The notes beneath the pieces are model-generated. The model was not told the DNA's origin. It saw only the letters and a program-made list of their open reading frames with translations, and did no database searches. From Chiloscyllium plagiosum (lineage: Eukaryota), in NCBI RefSeq assembly GCF_004010195.1, contig NC_057718.1:54261585-54311936 (forward strand): DNA of 50,352 bases, written 5' to 3'. Both the position numbers and the translations under genes were made by a program. Positions 12,183-23,465 of the stretch are shown here, piece by piece; positions within the stretch are counted from its first letter, which is position 1; every line of letters begins with the position of its first letter.

Positions 12183-12218
12183 ATTCCTGAAGAAGGGCTT
12201 ATGCCCGAAACGTCGATT
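12183..12218 (+). ncRNA. Minimal hammerhead ribozyme motif, copy 2 of a tandem pair
   Basis: Identical motif attc-CTGAAGA-a-gggc-ttat-gccc-GAAA-cg-TC-gatt. Confidence 0.75.
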
Positions 12219-12953
12219 CTCCTGTTCCCTGGATGCTGCCTGACCTGCTGCGCTTTTCCAGCAACATTTCCAGCGCTAATTTAAAAGATATCCCTTCCAT
12301 TATAGCTTTCTCCCAGGAAGTCCAGTTTTAAAATGAGCCATTTTAGGCGTTTCTCATATGAGAGTTAAAAGAGCTTATTACTAACCACAAGAATGTAATG
12401 GACATAGATTAGGAATAGTAAGTCAGTGTAAAAAAGATAAATGTTAAAAGAAATGTACGATCATTCTCTGTGTCACTTGCAATGGCTAGATTATGGAATA
12501 TTGATAGTTGGGTGAGAAATCAACTTTGAGATCTTTGTCTTATTTGTAGGTTGTTCAAAATAATTTTGACCAGGTATTTTTCGACATTGTCTGGCTTATA
12601 AACCTCAAATTGAGACTGGCCTTTTCCATTATCTTATCTGCCTTGCAGAGGTGTTTCATGGCTGTTCTCAAAACTGTGATCATCACAGTACTCTAGACAA
12701 TCAATAGGATGTCAGGCCATTAACACCGCGCATAAGGGTTGAAGATTACTTTCAACCAGTATTTTTTTTAAAATATTTCTGTCAGGGTAAAACACGAGCA
12801 TTTTTGCTGTAGGTGGCTTCTTGGTGAGAGGGATTGGATAGCTAGCCTCCCATTGTCTCTTCCTTTTCAGTCTTTCCATTTGAATGTTCATGTGGATATT
12901 CCATGGGTCCATACTGGACAGTGATCAACAAGAATTCAGCTCGACTAAAGACA

Positions 12954-13170
12954 CAGTCAGCTCTGCTATAATGTGCGTTTCTTCAATGTGAATTGGCTTT
13001 AACGCGATTGAAGAATTTAGACAGTTATTCAGAGAACGTAGTTTCCTTACATGTATTGGCTATAACACGATTCCAGCCTCATTAGTTTAAATGATGTGAA
13101 TATTGTGTGATTCTCTTATAACAAGAGTTTGCACAAGGATGAAAGTACTGCGTCATATCAGAACCAATTG
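12954..13170. mobile_element. Degenerate Tc1/mariner (pogo/Tigger-type) MITE
   Basis: Imperfect TIRs cagtcagctctgctataatg / cgtcatatcagaaccaattg. Confidence 0.55.
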
Positions 13171-13391
13171 CACTCTGCTTTCTTTCAGAGGCTTTCAGTA
13201 TTGGAAATTAAGCCCAAAGATGCAGGTAACAAACACAGGGTAAAAAGGTAGTTGAGAGAGCAACAATCTGATAGAGATTTCTGCACTCAGATTATTTTGA
13301 ACTAATGGTTTTACAGATTTTTGATGCAAAGATGGAGGAAGGGATATTTGAAATATTACATTCTTTCCCTCTCAATAACTGAAAGGTTATC

Positions 13392-16300
13392 AGAGTCATA
13401 GAGATGCATAGCACAGAAATAGATTCTTCGGTCCAACTCGTCCATGCAGACCAGATATCCTAACCCAATCTAGTCCCACCTGCCAGAACACGGTCCATAT
13501 CCCTCCAAATTCTTCCTATTCATAAACTCATCCAGATGCCTTTTAAATATTACAATTGTACTAGCCTTCACCACTTCCTCTGGCAGCCCATTCCACACAT
13601 GCACCACTATCTGCATGAAAACGTGGCCCCTTAGGTCTCTTTCATATCTTTCTCCTCACACTAAACCTATGCCCTCTAGTTCGAGACTCCTCCGTCCCAG
13701 GGAAAAGACTTTGTCTATTTACCCTATCCATGCCCCTCATGATTTTATAAACCTCAGCCTCTGACGCTCCAGGGAAAACAACCCTAGCCTATTCAATCTC
13801 TCCCTATAGCTCACATCCTCCAACCCCGACAACATCCTTGTAAATCTTTCCTGAACCCTTTCAAGTTTCAGAACATCCTTCAGATAGGAAGGAGACCAGA
13901 ATTGCATGCAATATTCCAAACATCCACCGCTCTGCCCTCATCAATCCTCTTTGTTACTTCTTTTAAAAACTCAGTCAAGTTGGTGAGACATGATTTCCCA
14001 TGCACAAAGCCATGCTGACTATCCCTAATCAGTCCTTGCTTTTCCAATTACATATAATTCGTGTCTCTCCAGATTCCATCCAACAACTTGCCCACCACCG
14101 ATGTCAGGCTCACTGGTCTATAGTTCCCTGGTTTGTCCTTACCACCTTTTAAAAAGTGGCACCACATTAGCCAGCCTCCAGTCTTCTGGCACTTCACCTG
14201 TGACTATCAATAATTCAATATCTCAGTAAGAGACCTAGCAATCACTTCCTTAGCTTCCCACAGAATTCTTGGGTTCATTTGATCAGGTCCTGAGGATTTA
14301 TTACTTTTATGTGTTTCAAGACATCCAGCACTTCCTCCTCTGTAATATGGACATTTTTCAAGATATCACCATTTGTTTCCCCACATTCTATATCATCTAA
14401 GTCCTTCTCCAAAGTAAACACTGATGCAAAACATTCGTTTAGTATTGCCCCCATCTCCTGTGGCTCCACACAAAGGCCACCTTATTGATCTTTGAGGGGC
14501 CCTATTCTCTTCCTAGTTACCCTTTTGTCCTTAATGTATTTGTAAAAACCCTTTGGATTCTCCTTAATTCTATTTGCCAAAGCTGTCTTATGTCCCCTTT
14601 TTGCCCTCCTGATTTTCCTCTTAAGTATACTCCTACTGCCTTTATACTCTTCTCAGGATTCACTTGATCTATCCTGTCTATATCTGACATATGTTTCCGT
14701 CTTTTTCTTAACAAAACCCTCAATTTCTTCAGTCATCCAGCATTCCCTATACGTTGCAGCCTTCCCTTTCACCCTAATAGGAATATAATGTCTCTGCACT
14801 CTCATTATCTCATTTCTGAAGGCTTCCATTTTCCAACCATCCCTTTACCTGCAAACAACTGCCCCCAATCAGCTTTTGGAAGTTCTTGCCTAATGCCGTC
14901 AAAATTGGCCTTTCTCCAATTTAGAACTTCAACTTTTACATCTGGTCTATCTTTATCCATCACTATTTTAAAACTAATAGAAGTATGGTTGCTGGTCCCA
15001 AAGTGCTCTCTCACTGACACCTCAGTCACCTGTCCTGCTTTATTTCCCAAGAGTAGGTCAATTTTGTACCTTCCCTAGTAGGTACATCCACAAATTGATA
15101 CAGAAAACCTCTTGTATATGCTTAACATATTCTTCTCCATCTAAACCCTTAATACTATGGCAGTCCCAGTCTATGTTTGGAAAGTTAAAATTCCCTACCA
15201 TAATCACCCTATTATTCTTACAGATAACTGGGATCTCTTTACAAACTTGTTTCTCAAATCCCCTCTGACTATTAGGGGGTCTATAATACAATCCTAACAA
15301 GGTGATCATCCCTTTCTTATTTCTCAGTTCCACCCAAATAACTTCCCTGGATGCATTTCCAGGAATATCTTCCCTCAGTACAGCTGTAATGCTATCACTT
15401 ATCAAAAATGCCACTTCCCATCCTCTCTTGCCTCCTTTCTGTCCTGCCTGTAGCATTTGTATCCTGAAACATTAAGCTGCCAGTCCTGTCCATCTCTGAG
15501 CCACATTTCTGTAATTGCTATGTCATCCCAGTCCCATGTTCCTAACTATGCCCTGAGTTCATCTGCCTTCCCTGTTAGGCCCCTTGCATTGAAATAAATG
15601 CAGTTTAATTTATCAGTCCTACCTTGTTGTCTGCTTTTTCGCTNNNNNNNNNNNNNCAGATCGATCTCTTTCCTCACTACCCCCCTCCCACCCCCCCCCC
15701 CACCATACTAGTTTAAATCCTCCCGAACAGCTCTAGCAAATCTCCATGCAAGTACATTAGTCCCCTTCCAATTTAGGTGCAATCTATCCTTCTTACACAG
15801 GTCACTCCTATCCTAGAAGAGATTCCAATGATCCAAAAATGTGAATCCTTCTCCCAAACACCAGCTCCTCAGCCATGCATACATCTGCTCTACCCTCCTG
15901 TTCCTCCCCTCACTCGCTTGTGGCACTGGGGGTAATCCAGATATTACTACTCTCGAGGGCCTCTTTTTTAAAATCCTGCCTAACTCTCTGTATTCTCCCT
16001 TTAGAATGTCATCCGTCTGTCTCTCTACATCATTGGTACCAATATGTACAATGACCTCTGCTGGCCCCTCTACCCCTTGAGAACATTTTGCACTCTCTCT
16101 GAGACATCCTTGATCCTGGCACCAGGGAAGCAGCACACCATTCTGATTTTTCGCTGCTGGGCCATAGAAACTGTCTATCTGTGCCTCGGATTAGAGAGTC
16201 CCCTAACACAATCGACTTCTTGGAACCTAACATATCTCTCATTACATTAGAGCCAGTCTCAATACCGGAAACTTGGCTGTTCATGCTATATTCTCCTGAG

Positions 16301-16690
16301 AATCCATCACCCCCTATATTTTCCAAAACAACATACTTGTTTGAATTGGGGATAACCACAGAAGACTCCTACACTAGCTGCCTACCTCTTTTACCTTTCC
16401 TGGAGTTAACCCATCGATGTGACTGTATCTGAGACTTTTCTCCCTCCCTATAACTGTTATCCATCACACCCTCTTGCTCTTGTAAATTTCTCTTTGCCTC
16501 TGACTGCCTGTCCAACCATTCCATTCAATCTGATAGGATTTCCAACCAACAGCATTTATTGCAGATATAATCCTCAGTAACATGTAAACTGTCCCTAAAC
16601 TCCCATATCCGACAAGAAGAGCTTATCACTCTACTAAGGGCCATTTTTGCTTCTTCCAGTCTGCAGACCGAAATAATAGTCTTGTCTAAT
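13392..16690 (-). mobile_element. Near full-span CR1 LINE with an internal RT deletion (ORF1 SGNH esterase, endonuclease, RT parts, 3' UTR), pseudogenised
   Basis: IVLGDSLIRG and VIVHIGTND (ORF1); YYRPPNS, GNFNFPNIDW and GTSNHTSI (EN); EYCMQFWSP (C-terminus); deletion junction near 13920. Confidence 0.92.
15644..15656. other. Assembly gap (13 N)
   Basis: Run of N. Confidence 1.
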
Positions 16691-16899
16691 TCCTCTACAA
16701 AACAATGTACCAGGCTAACTTAATACTTATGGTTTATATTTTAAAATATTTCCAGAAAGAAATATATGTTTTGCAGAGGTAGAAATCCGAAGGAAAACAA
16801 TTTTACTCCGAAAAATAAAAATTAATGAAACTTTATACCCATAAGTATTGAAAACATCTAAAGACTGGAAATGTTTGCAAGACTTTTGGGGTGTTATAC

Positions 16900-17595
16900 C
16901 AATGAATTTAATATGTATTCCAGGCAATATTGGCTAATTATTACAGCAAGGGATTGGGGAAGCTAATAGAATGTTTTACTTCACTGAGTGTGGGTGGGGG
17001 TGGGGGGTAGGAGGGAAGGTTGAATACAAAAGTAGCAAAGTTATGCCTGTTATAAAGGGCACTGGTGAAGTTGCATCTGGAGAACTGTGATCAGTATTAG
17101 TCACCCTGCTTATGGAAGGAGGTAATACATTGGAAGTTCAGAGAAAGTTTACCTGGAGTAAGAGGGTACAGAAAAGGGCTGGACACGCTGGGTATGTATC
17201 TACTGGAACTTGGAAGAGTATAGGTGACTTTATGAAATATGTAAGATCCTGAGGATTCTTAACAGGGCAAATGTGGAAAGGATGTTTCCTCTTATGGTAA
17301 AACCTAGAACAAGGGTTCACTGTTTAAAAACCAGGAGGCACTCATTTAAACAGAGATGAGGGGAATTTTTTTCACTCAAAGGATTGGAACACTCTACTTG
17401 AAAAAATGGTGGAAACAGAGTCCTTGAATATTTTTAAGGCAATAGTAGTTAGATTCTTGTAAAACAAAGGGGATAAATGGCTATCCCAGGTAGGTAGGAA
17501 TATGGATCTGAGGTTACAATCTGATCAACCATGGTCTTATGGAGCAGGCTCAAGAATTAATTGGTCTGCTCCTGCCTCAATTCATATGGCCATAT
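16900..17595 (+). mobile_element. Old CR1 3' fragment
   Basis: Degenerate ...LYRALV..HLENCDQY..P / LEVQRKFT / TRVH.LK / FFTQR regions and a CR1-type 3' UTR. Confidence 0.7.
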
Positions 17596-17752
17596 GGATC
17601 AACGACAGCTAGCATTCACCTTACACTCTCCTCTTAACCATGTTTTGAAATCTCTCTCTGAGACAGATCTCCCCCATTTGGGAAACTCACCACCTGTCTA
17701 TGTTCTTTTGGAATCATACACCTTCTCCTTCACAATTCACTATTTTTCTTAC

Positions 17753-17762
17753 CTAACATATT
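17753..17762 (-). CDS. Possible 10-nt micro-exon (AAT ATG TTA G; phase 0 to 1)
   Basis: gtttatttaatctttcag|AATATGTTAG|gtaaga; bridges the phases of 35915-36070 and 10140-10201. Such sites also arise by chance. Confidence 0.25.
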
Positions 17763-18876
17763 CTGAAAGATTAAATAAACTCCACTCTATTCCTAATTTC
17801 CAGTCATTTATTCATAGTTCGGCATGCTATGATCTCTGGCAGCCATAGTGATACTTTCTATTGGATAGCATCTCTGCAATTGAGATCTAAGTATCAAAGA
17901 ATCTTACAACATAGAGGTGATTATTCAATTAATTGTGCCTACTCCTGTGTCAATTCATGTTAGTCCCACTGTCTTCTCCTTTTCTCATTACAATGCAATT
18001 TTTCCTTTTCTATTGTATATGCAGTCTTCTTGTCCAACAAAAATCATTACGCAACCCCGAAATTAAAGTGGCATTTACAACCTGATTTTGTCTAAATTAT
18101 GGGACATCCTTGTAATGAGTTTGGAACTCCAGATGCTCAAAGCCCATATAAAACTGACACTGCACAATAATTGCAGCGCTCTCTCTCAGTTAGGATCTTT
18201 CTATTTAAGGCATATTGCTATTTTGCTGATTTATGTAATATATTGTCAGAATTTACAGGCAAACTCTTCCAACTAATTTGTGTGCTGCTTTCCTTAGTGA
18301 ACAATTATAGCAGACTCTGAGGGATGAAGAGATAGATGCAGGCATAACAGTGGTGGTGTTGCCCTTTAATCGATCCATAAGGATTGGGTCTTATAGCACC
18401 AGATAATCACATCAGAAACAGAAATAATCCAAACAGCCTATAAATCAGCTCCATCATTCACTTAGCTTGTAGTTGATTTGAATTTTAAATCCATCTACAT
18501 TTTTTTGGTTTTATAACCCTTTATACCCGTGCCAAATAAAAATCCACCAATCACAGTTTTGAAATTTTCAATTAACCTAGCATCAACAGCTTTCCATTAG
18601 TCTTTGGCATTAGCACTGAATAGGTTTGTTTTAAAGTTATATCCCTTTACTGGCTCCCTAGCTGAGCAAATAGGTTTGCTCTACGTGTTTCCTATTCAGC
18701 CTGTCATTACACACCTCAGGAGCAACTGGGATTTGGTCCAGGGTCTCCTGATCAGAGGTATGGTCACTGCCCCTGCACTACAAGAGCACCTGATGGTTAC
18801 TATCGACCTTATCACTTTCTTTAATCATCTTAAATGCCTCAATTATATCACCCCTTCATCTTCTCTTCAAGCCTAC

Positions 18877-19923
18877 TGTGGGTTCAAATAATGATCGAAA
18901 TCGGTTAGAGGCAAAAATACCCTCTTCATTCAGCAACCGCAGTAGCACAAGTTTGAGGTGGGAATAGAATCCTGAAATACAGTCATTACACTAGCCTCTT
19001 TATTCACAGTTCTTACATGCATTATAATACCATTACTATGGTGTGACATTGTTTTATCTACAGTACACAAAGGTTTGAAGGGCTGCTGTCATGCGAAATA
19101 GGAAACAGGTTTAAACACGTGCTAAATGCTGGGATGCTACTCCTGATAGGATTAAGCATGTCTATCTAGTCTGCTTGCTTAATTAAGAGGTGTTAGTCCT
19201 TTTGTTTCTTAAGTTAGTAAATGTTAGTTAAAAAAACTCAGTCTATATGCTCTAAGTAAGTTAGAAGTTGTACCTGTATTTAATAAAAGATTAAAGGATA
19301 TTAAACTGATTATCACAGCTGGGTTGTGAGATTTGTTTACTATTTGCCAGTGTGAGTTTCATTCATTCATGCAATTTTACATAAGTTCTGTTTTGTAAGT
19401 TAGTTTCTTAAAGTGATAGTGGCCCAGTTTAAAAGGTTTGCAACAAGTACATACTAATTGGGGAAAGCGTTTGGTGTTCTGTTATCTATTCAAGTCCGAG
19501 AGATGGTTGGTAAGAGCTGATTAGTATTATAATCTTTCGTGGAGACACGATGGCAGGGGTGGTACCGTTCTAAATACACTACACTTATTCAGAAGTAAAT
19601 AGGCCTAAACACTGCGTGTAGCAAGAGCTGATAAGATGTGAAAATGCAGTCATGGGTTTGACAGTGCTGTTTTGATTAGAAAGGGTTGTTTTAATTTGGT
19701 CTATCTTATGGTATAAAATATACTACCAAACCATGGTTTTATGAATGAATGAATGAAACTGGGTTAGATTAGGAAGTTATGAATGAATGAAACAGGAACG
19801 CAGTGTTCGCTTGTGAGTGGGTTACTAAAGGAGTTATGAATGAATAAACATAAAGCGCTGGTGTGGGAAATAAAAGCACTTGTGGGTGGGTTCGTGAAGG
19901 GACCTCAAATACAATATCTCACA
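18877..19923 (-). mobile_element. Solo LTR (ERV or Gypsy), 1047 bp
   Basis: TGTGGG...CTCACA termini; 4-bp TSD CTAC (18873-18876 and 19924-19927); minus-strand AATAAA at 18999-19004; internal ttatgaatgaat repeats. The flanks rejoin as a decayed CR1-like 3' fragment. Confidence 0.75.
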
Positions 19924-20282
19924 CTACTCTATTACAACCTTTATAATTTAATTCTTTTAGCTCACTTCAAACCTCTGCAATAACATGCTTTTTGTATCAA
20001 GGTATCCAAAATGTTAAATATTTCAACAATACAATCAAAACTGGTATTCGTTGTATTCTGTTTCTCAAGACCCAACAATTAAACATTTTAATATCATCTT
20101 CTACAGATAATGAATACCTAATAGGTTCAGCAGGTTTCCATAATATAATTTTCCAAACTCACATTTGCTCATAACAAGTGATAGTAGTTATTTTTACTCT
20201 TGACATGTAATCACACAAGTATATACAAGTAAAAGGTAATCGCCATTATCTTACCATACAGTAGGACTGCTATCTCATTAGG

Positions 20283-21590
20283 GGTAAAAACAATGACTGC
20301 AGATGCTGGAAACAAAATTCTGGATTAGTGGTGCTGGAAGAGCACAGCAATTCAGACAGCATCAGAGGACAGGCAAAATCGACGTTTCGGGCAAAAACCC
20401 TTCATCAGGAATAAAGGCAAAGAACCTGAAGCGTGGAGAGATAAGCTAAAGGAGGGTGGGGGTGGGGAGAGAGTAGCATAGAGTACAATTAGTCAGTGGG
20501 GGAGGAGATGAAGGTGATAGGTCAGGGAGGAGAGGGTGGAGTGGATAGGTGGAAAATGGAGCTAGGCAGGTCGGACAACTCCGGACAAGTCAAGGAGACA
20601 GTGTTGAGCTGGAGGTTAGAAACTAGGATGAGGTGGGGGAAGGGGAAATGAGGAAGCTGTTGAAGTCCACATTGATGCCCTGGGGTTGAAGTGTTCCGAG
20701 GCGGAAGATGAGGCGTTCTTCCTCCAGGCGTCTGGTGGTGAGGGAGCGGCGGTGAAGGAGGCCCAGGACCTCCATGTCCCCGGCAGAGTGGGAGGGGGAG
20801 TTGAAATGTTGAGCCACGGGGCGATTTGGTTGATTGGTGCGGGTGTCTCAGAGAACCAGGTAGTCACGGAGGGAACGGTCTTTGCGGAAGGCGGAAAGGG
20901 GTGGGGAGGGAAATATATCCCTGGTGGTGGGATCTGTTTGGAAGTGGCGGAAATGTCGGTGAATGATTTGGTTTATGCGAAGGTTGGTAGGATGGAAGGT
21001 GAGCACCAGGGGAGTTCTGTCCTTGTTACGGTTGGAGGGGTGGGGTCTGAGGGCAGAGGTGTGGGATGTGGACGAGATGCGTTGGAGGGCATCTAAATTG
21101 CGTTCCCTAAAGAAGGAAGCCATCTGGTGTGTTCTGTGGTGGAACTGGTGGCCATTTGGCATTGGCGCTACCTTGTGCTCTCGCGAGGAGGTTGAGCAAT
21201 TCATCAATTCATCAACTTCACCAACACATTCCACCCTGACCTTACATTTACCTGGACCATCTCTGACACCTCCATCCCCTTCCTAGACCTCTCCATGGTG
21301 ACAGTGGGATCTGTTGGGGGCGTGTCAGCAGAGTGCAGGTGAGTGGCATAGGTGGGGGCAGAAGTGGTGGCAAACACGGCAGTGGGGGTGGGGGGCGGAA
21401 GTCACTGAGCATCAGCGATTTTGTGAGGGCGGAAGTGATGTCACATGTGGTGCATGAGGAATTGTGAAGGGCATAAGTGGCTGTGGAAGTTGCCATGATG
21501 TGAGGCAGAAGTTACGCCATCCATCACCGTGGGGTTGGTGGCTGCAGCATCCGCACGTAGTCTCAGAAATTGAAGATCCCAACAGAATGG
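20283..21590 (-). mobile_element. Penelope-like element remnant with an internal inverted RT piece (about 21165-21300 on +)
   Basis: AQHFNSPSHS...RRLEEERLIFRLGTLQPQGIN (GIY-YIG C-terminus), RTPLVLTFHP, and CSREEVEQFI on the opposite strand. Confidence 0.85.
20377..20412 (-). ncRNA. Minimal hammerhead ribozyme motif
   Basis: Minus strand: attc-CTGATGA-a-gggt-tttt-gccc-GAAA-cg-TC-gatt. Confidence 0.7.
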
Positions 21591-22114
21591 GTTAAATTTA
21601 AGCATTGGTGGAAATCAAACAAAGTCATAGTAAACCACAACAGTGATTTCTAATGACATCAGCAAGTGAAAGGGAAGTCAATGAGGGGTTGGCAGGGTGG
21701 TGAGTAGGACACTGAGTGAAAAGGTGAGGAAGAGATTGGGGCATCAAGTGAACTGGCAAGCAGGAGAGTGGGGCACTGAGTGAAGAAGTGAACAGGGCAC
21801 TGAACAGAGACTCAAACAGACTGAGGGTGGTGAGCTTTACTTGGTCTATCAGTAACACTGCACTTGCATGGATGGGCAGAGTCAGCACCAGTTTCCGGAT
21901 CGAGGTGCATGATGCCAAATTCTTTGCCAGAGCAGTGACTGGAGATACACCAATATTAAGAAAGTAGCACTTTCCATTCATCAGTATTTAATATGTGAAC
22001 ATATTTACCTGCTTGCATTTAATTATCAGAATTTACAATAACTCATTTTAAAGATAATGAAGTTTACAAAGTGAACAGGCCAATATCAGATGGGACACTC
22101 CTTCTTCATGTCAA

Positions 22115-22310
22115 GAGTAAAGGTAGAGTCACCATAATCCCAAAGGACACTTTTCTCGTTATACAAAGACAACTGGTGATGGCTTAACTTGAAGGGTCAC
22201 CATGTCTGAGACAGGGGGAAGATTGAGAGGATTGCCAATACAGGAATTGAACTCACGTTGTTGGCATCACTCTGTATCATACAACAGCTGTTCAACAAAC
22301 CCCCAGTAAA
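22115..22310 (-). mobile_element. Decayed tRNA-derived SINE
   Basis: Minus strand ...cagagtgatgccaacaacgtgagttcaattcc (B-box-like); its other end resembles 20230-20282. Confidence 0.5.
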
Positions 22311-22382
22311 CTTCACTGAATTAAGCAAATTGGGAAGGTTGAGAGATGGGACCCAGGGAGATCATGAGGAAAGAGATCAATC

Positions 22383-23252
22383 TGTGTGTGTGTGTGTAGT
22401 GCAATGGTGGTCACCTGTAATGTGACATGAACCTAAGGTCCCAGTTGAGGCCCTCCCTATGGGTACCGAACCTGGCTATCAGCCTCTGCTCAGCAAAAAG
22501 TGGCTGAGGAGAGGCTGATAGCTAAGTTCGGTACCCATAGGGAGGGTCTCAACCGGGACCTTGGTTTCATGTCACATTACAGGTGACCCACCATTGCACT
22601 ATACACACATGCACACACACAGACACTCCTACACACAGACACACACACACATTCCTATACACACATACACATGGCACTCTACACTCACTACACACACACA
22701 TACACTTTCTCACACTCATAACCCCCAAACCAGATAGACAGGCACACACAGACAGACAAAGACCCACATGCACACTGCATGCATTCATGTAGAACTCTGA
22801 GCTCAAAAACTGCATGAATTCATGTAAAACTCCGTTATCTCACTTTTTAGATTAGAATCAATCTAAATATCATGGCATAGACAGAGAACACAGGGGGCCA
22901 ACACCTTCAACATATTGTCTAGCTATCACCCATAGTTAACAGCTAACCTGAGAATGCAACTTTTAAAAAAAAGTTTTGTGATTTACACATGAAAGAAGTG
23001 AAATTATCATGGTATTCAAACAGATGAAAGACTCAACAGACGATCAATTTTTCAATGTATAATTTCAGTTCCATCACACTGTACATTTTTGCTATAAATT
23101 CTGTGTGTTAGGATTGAGCCCACCACTATCACCCCTGATAAAGGAGCATCACTCCGAAAGCTAGTGTGCTTCCAATTAAACCTGTTGGACTATAACTTGT
23201 GTTGTGTGATTTTTAACTTTGGACACCCCAGACCAACACTGGCATCTCCAAA
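22383..23252 (+). mobile_element. PLE 3' end with a 5' inverted duplication, (CA)n tract and mutated hammerhead
   Basis: About 22385-22493 and 22503-22612 are inverted. The GIY-YIG tail reads AEERLIAKFGTHREGLNRDLGFMSHYR*. cc-CTGATAA-aggagcatcactcc-GAAA-gc-TA-gtg lies at 23133-23166. Confidence 0.85.
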
Positions 23253-23465
23253 TCATTTTTAAATGCTGCAATTATACTACCCTCCACCACTTCCTTTGGC
23301 AGCTCATTCCATACACGTATCACCCTCTTTGTGAAAAAGTTGCCCCTTAGGTGTCTTTTATGTCTTTTAAACCTGTGCCCTCTACTTCTGGTCTCCTCCA
23401 TCACAGGGAAAAGACCATGTCTATTTACCCTATTCATGCCCCTGAAGTTTGTATAAACCACTATA
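23253..23465 (-). mobile_element. CR1 3'-region fragment
   Basis: RSRGHRFK...RGNFFTKRVIRVWNELP. Confidence 0.85.

Larger units (their letters stand above)
11089..12276 (+). mobile_element. Young rearranged Penelope-like element: RT fragment, gap, 3' end, inverted RT piece, duplicated 3' end
   Basis: HEEVEQFIHFTNTFHPDLKFTWTVSDSSLPFLDLSISISGDRINTDIYYKPTDSHS; CpG-rich. 11926-12048 is the reverse complement of about 11280-11403, and 12049-12250 repeats about 11725-11925. Flanked by TAATTTA at 11082-11088 and 12277-12283. Confidence 0.85.

Noticed and set aside
12550..12573. Plus-strand 24-nt segment between tttgtag and gtattt
   Set aside because: No partner exons on +; it shows how easily micro-exon-like sites arise by chance.
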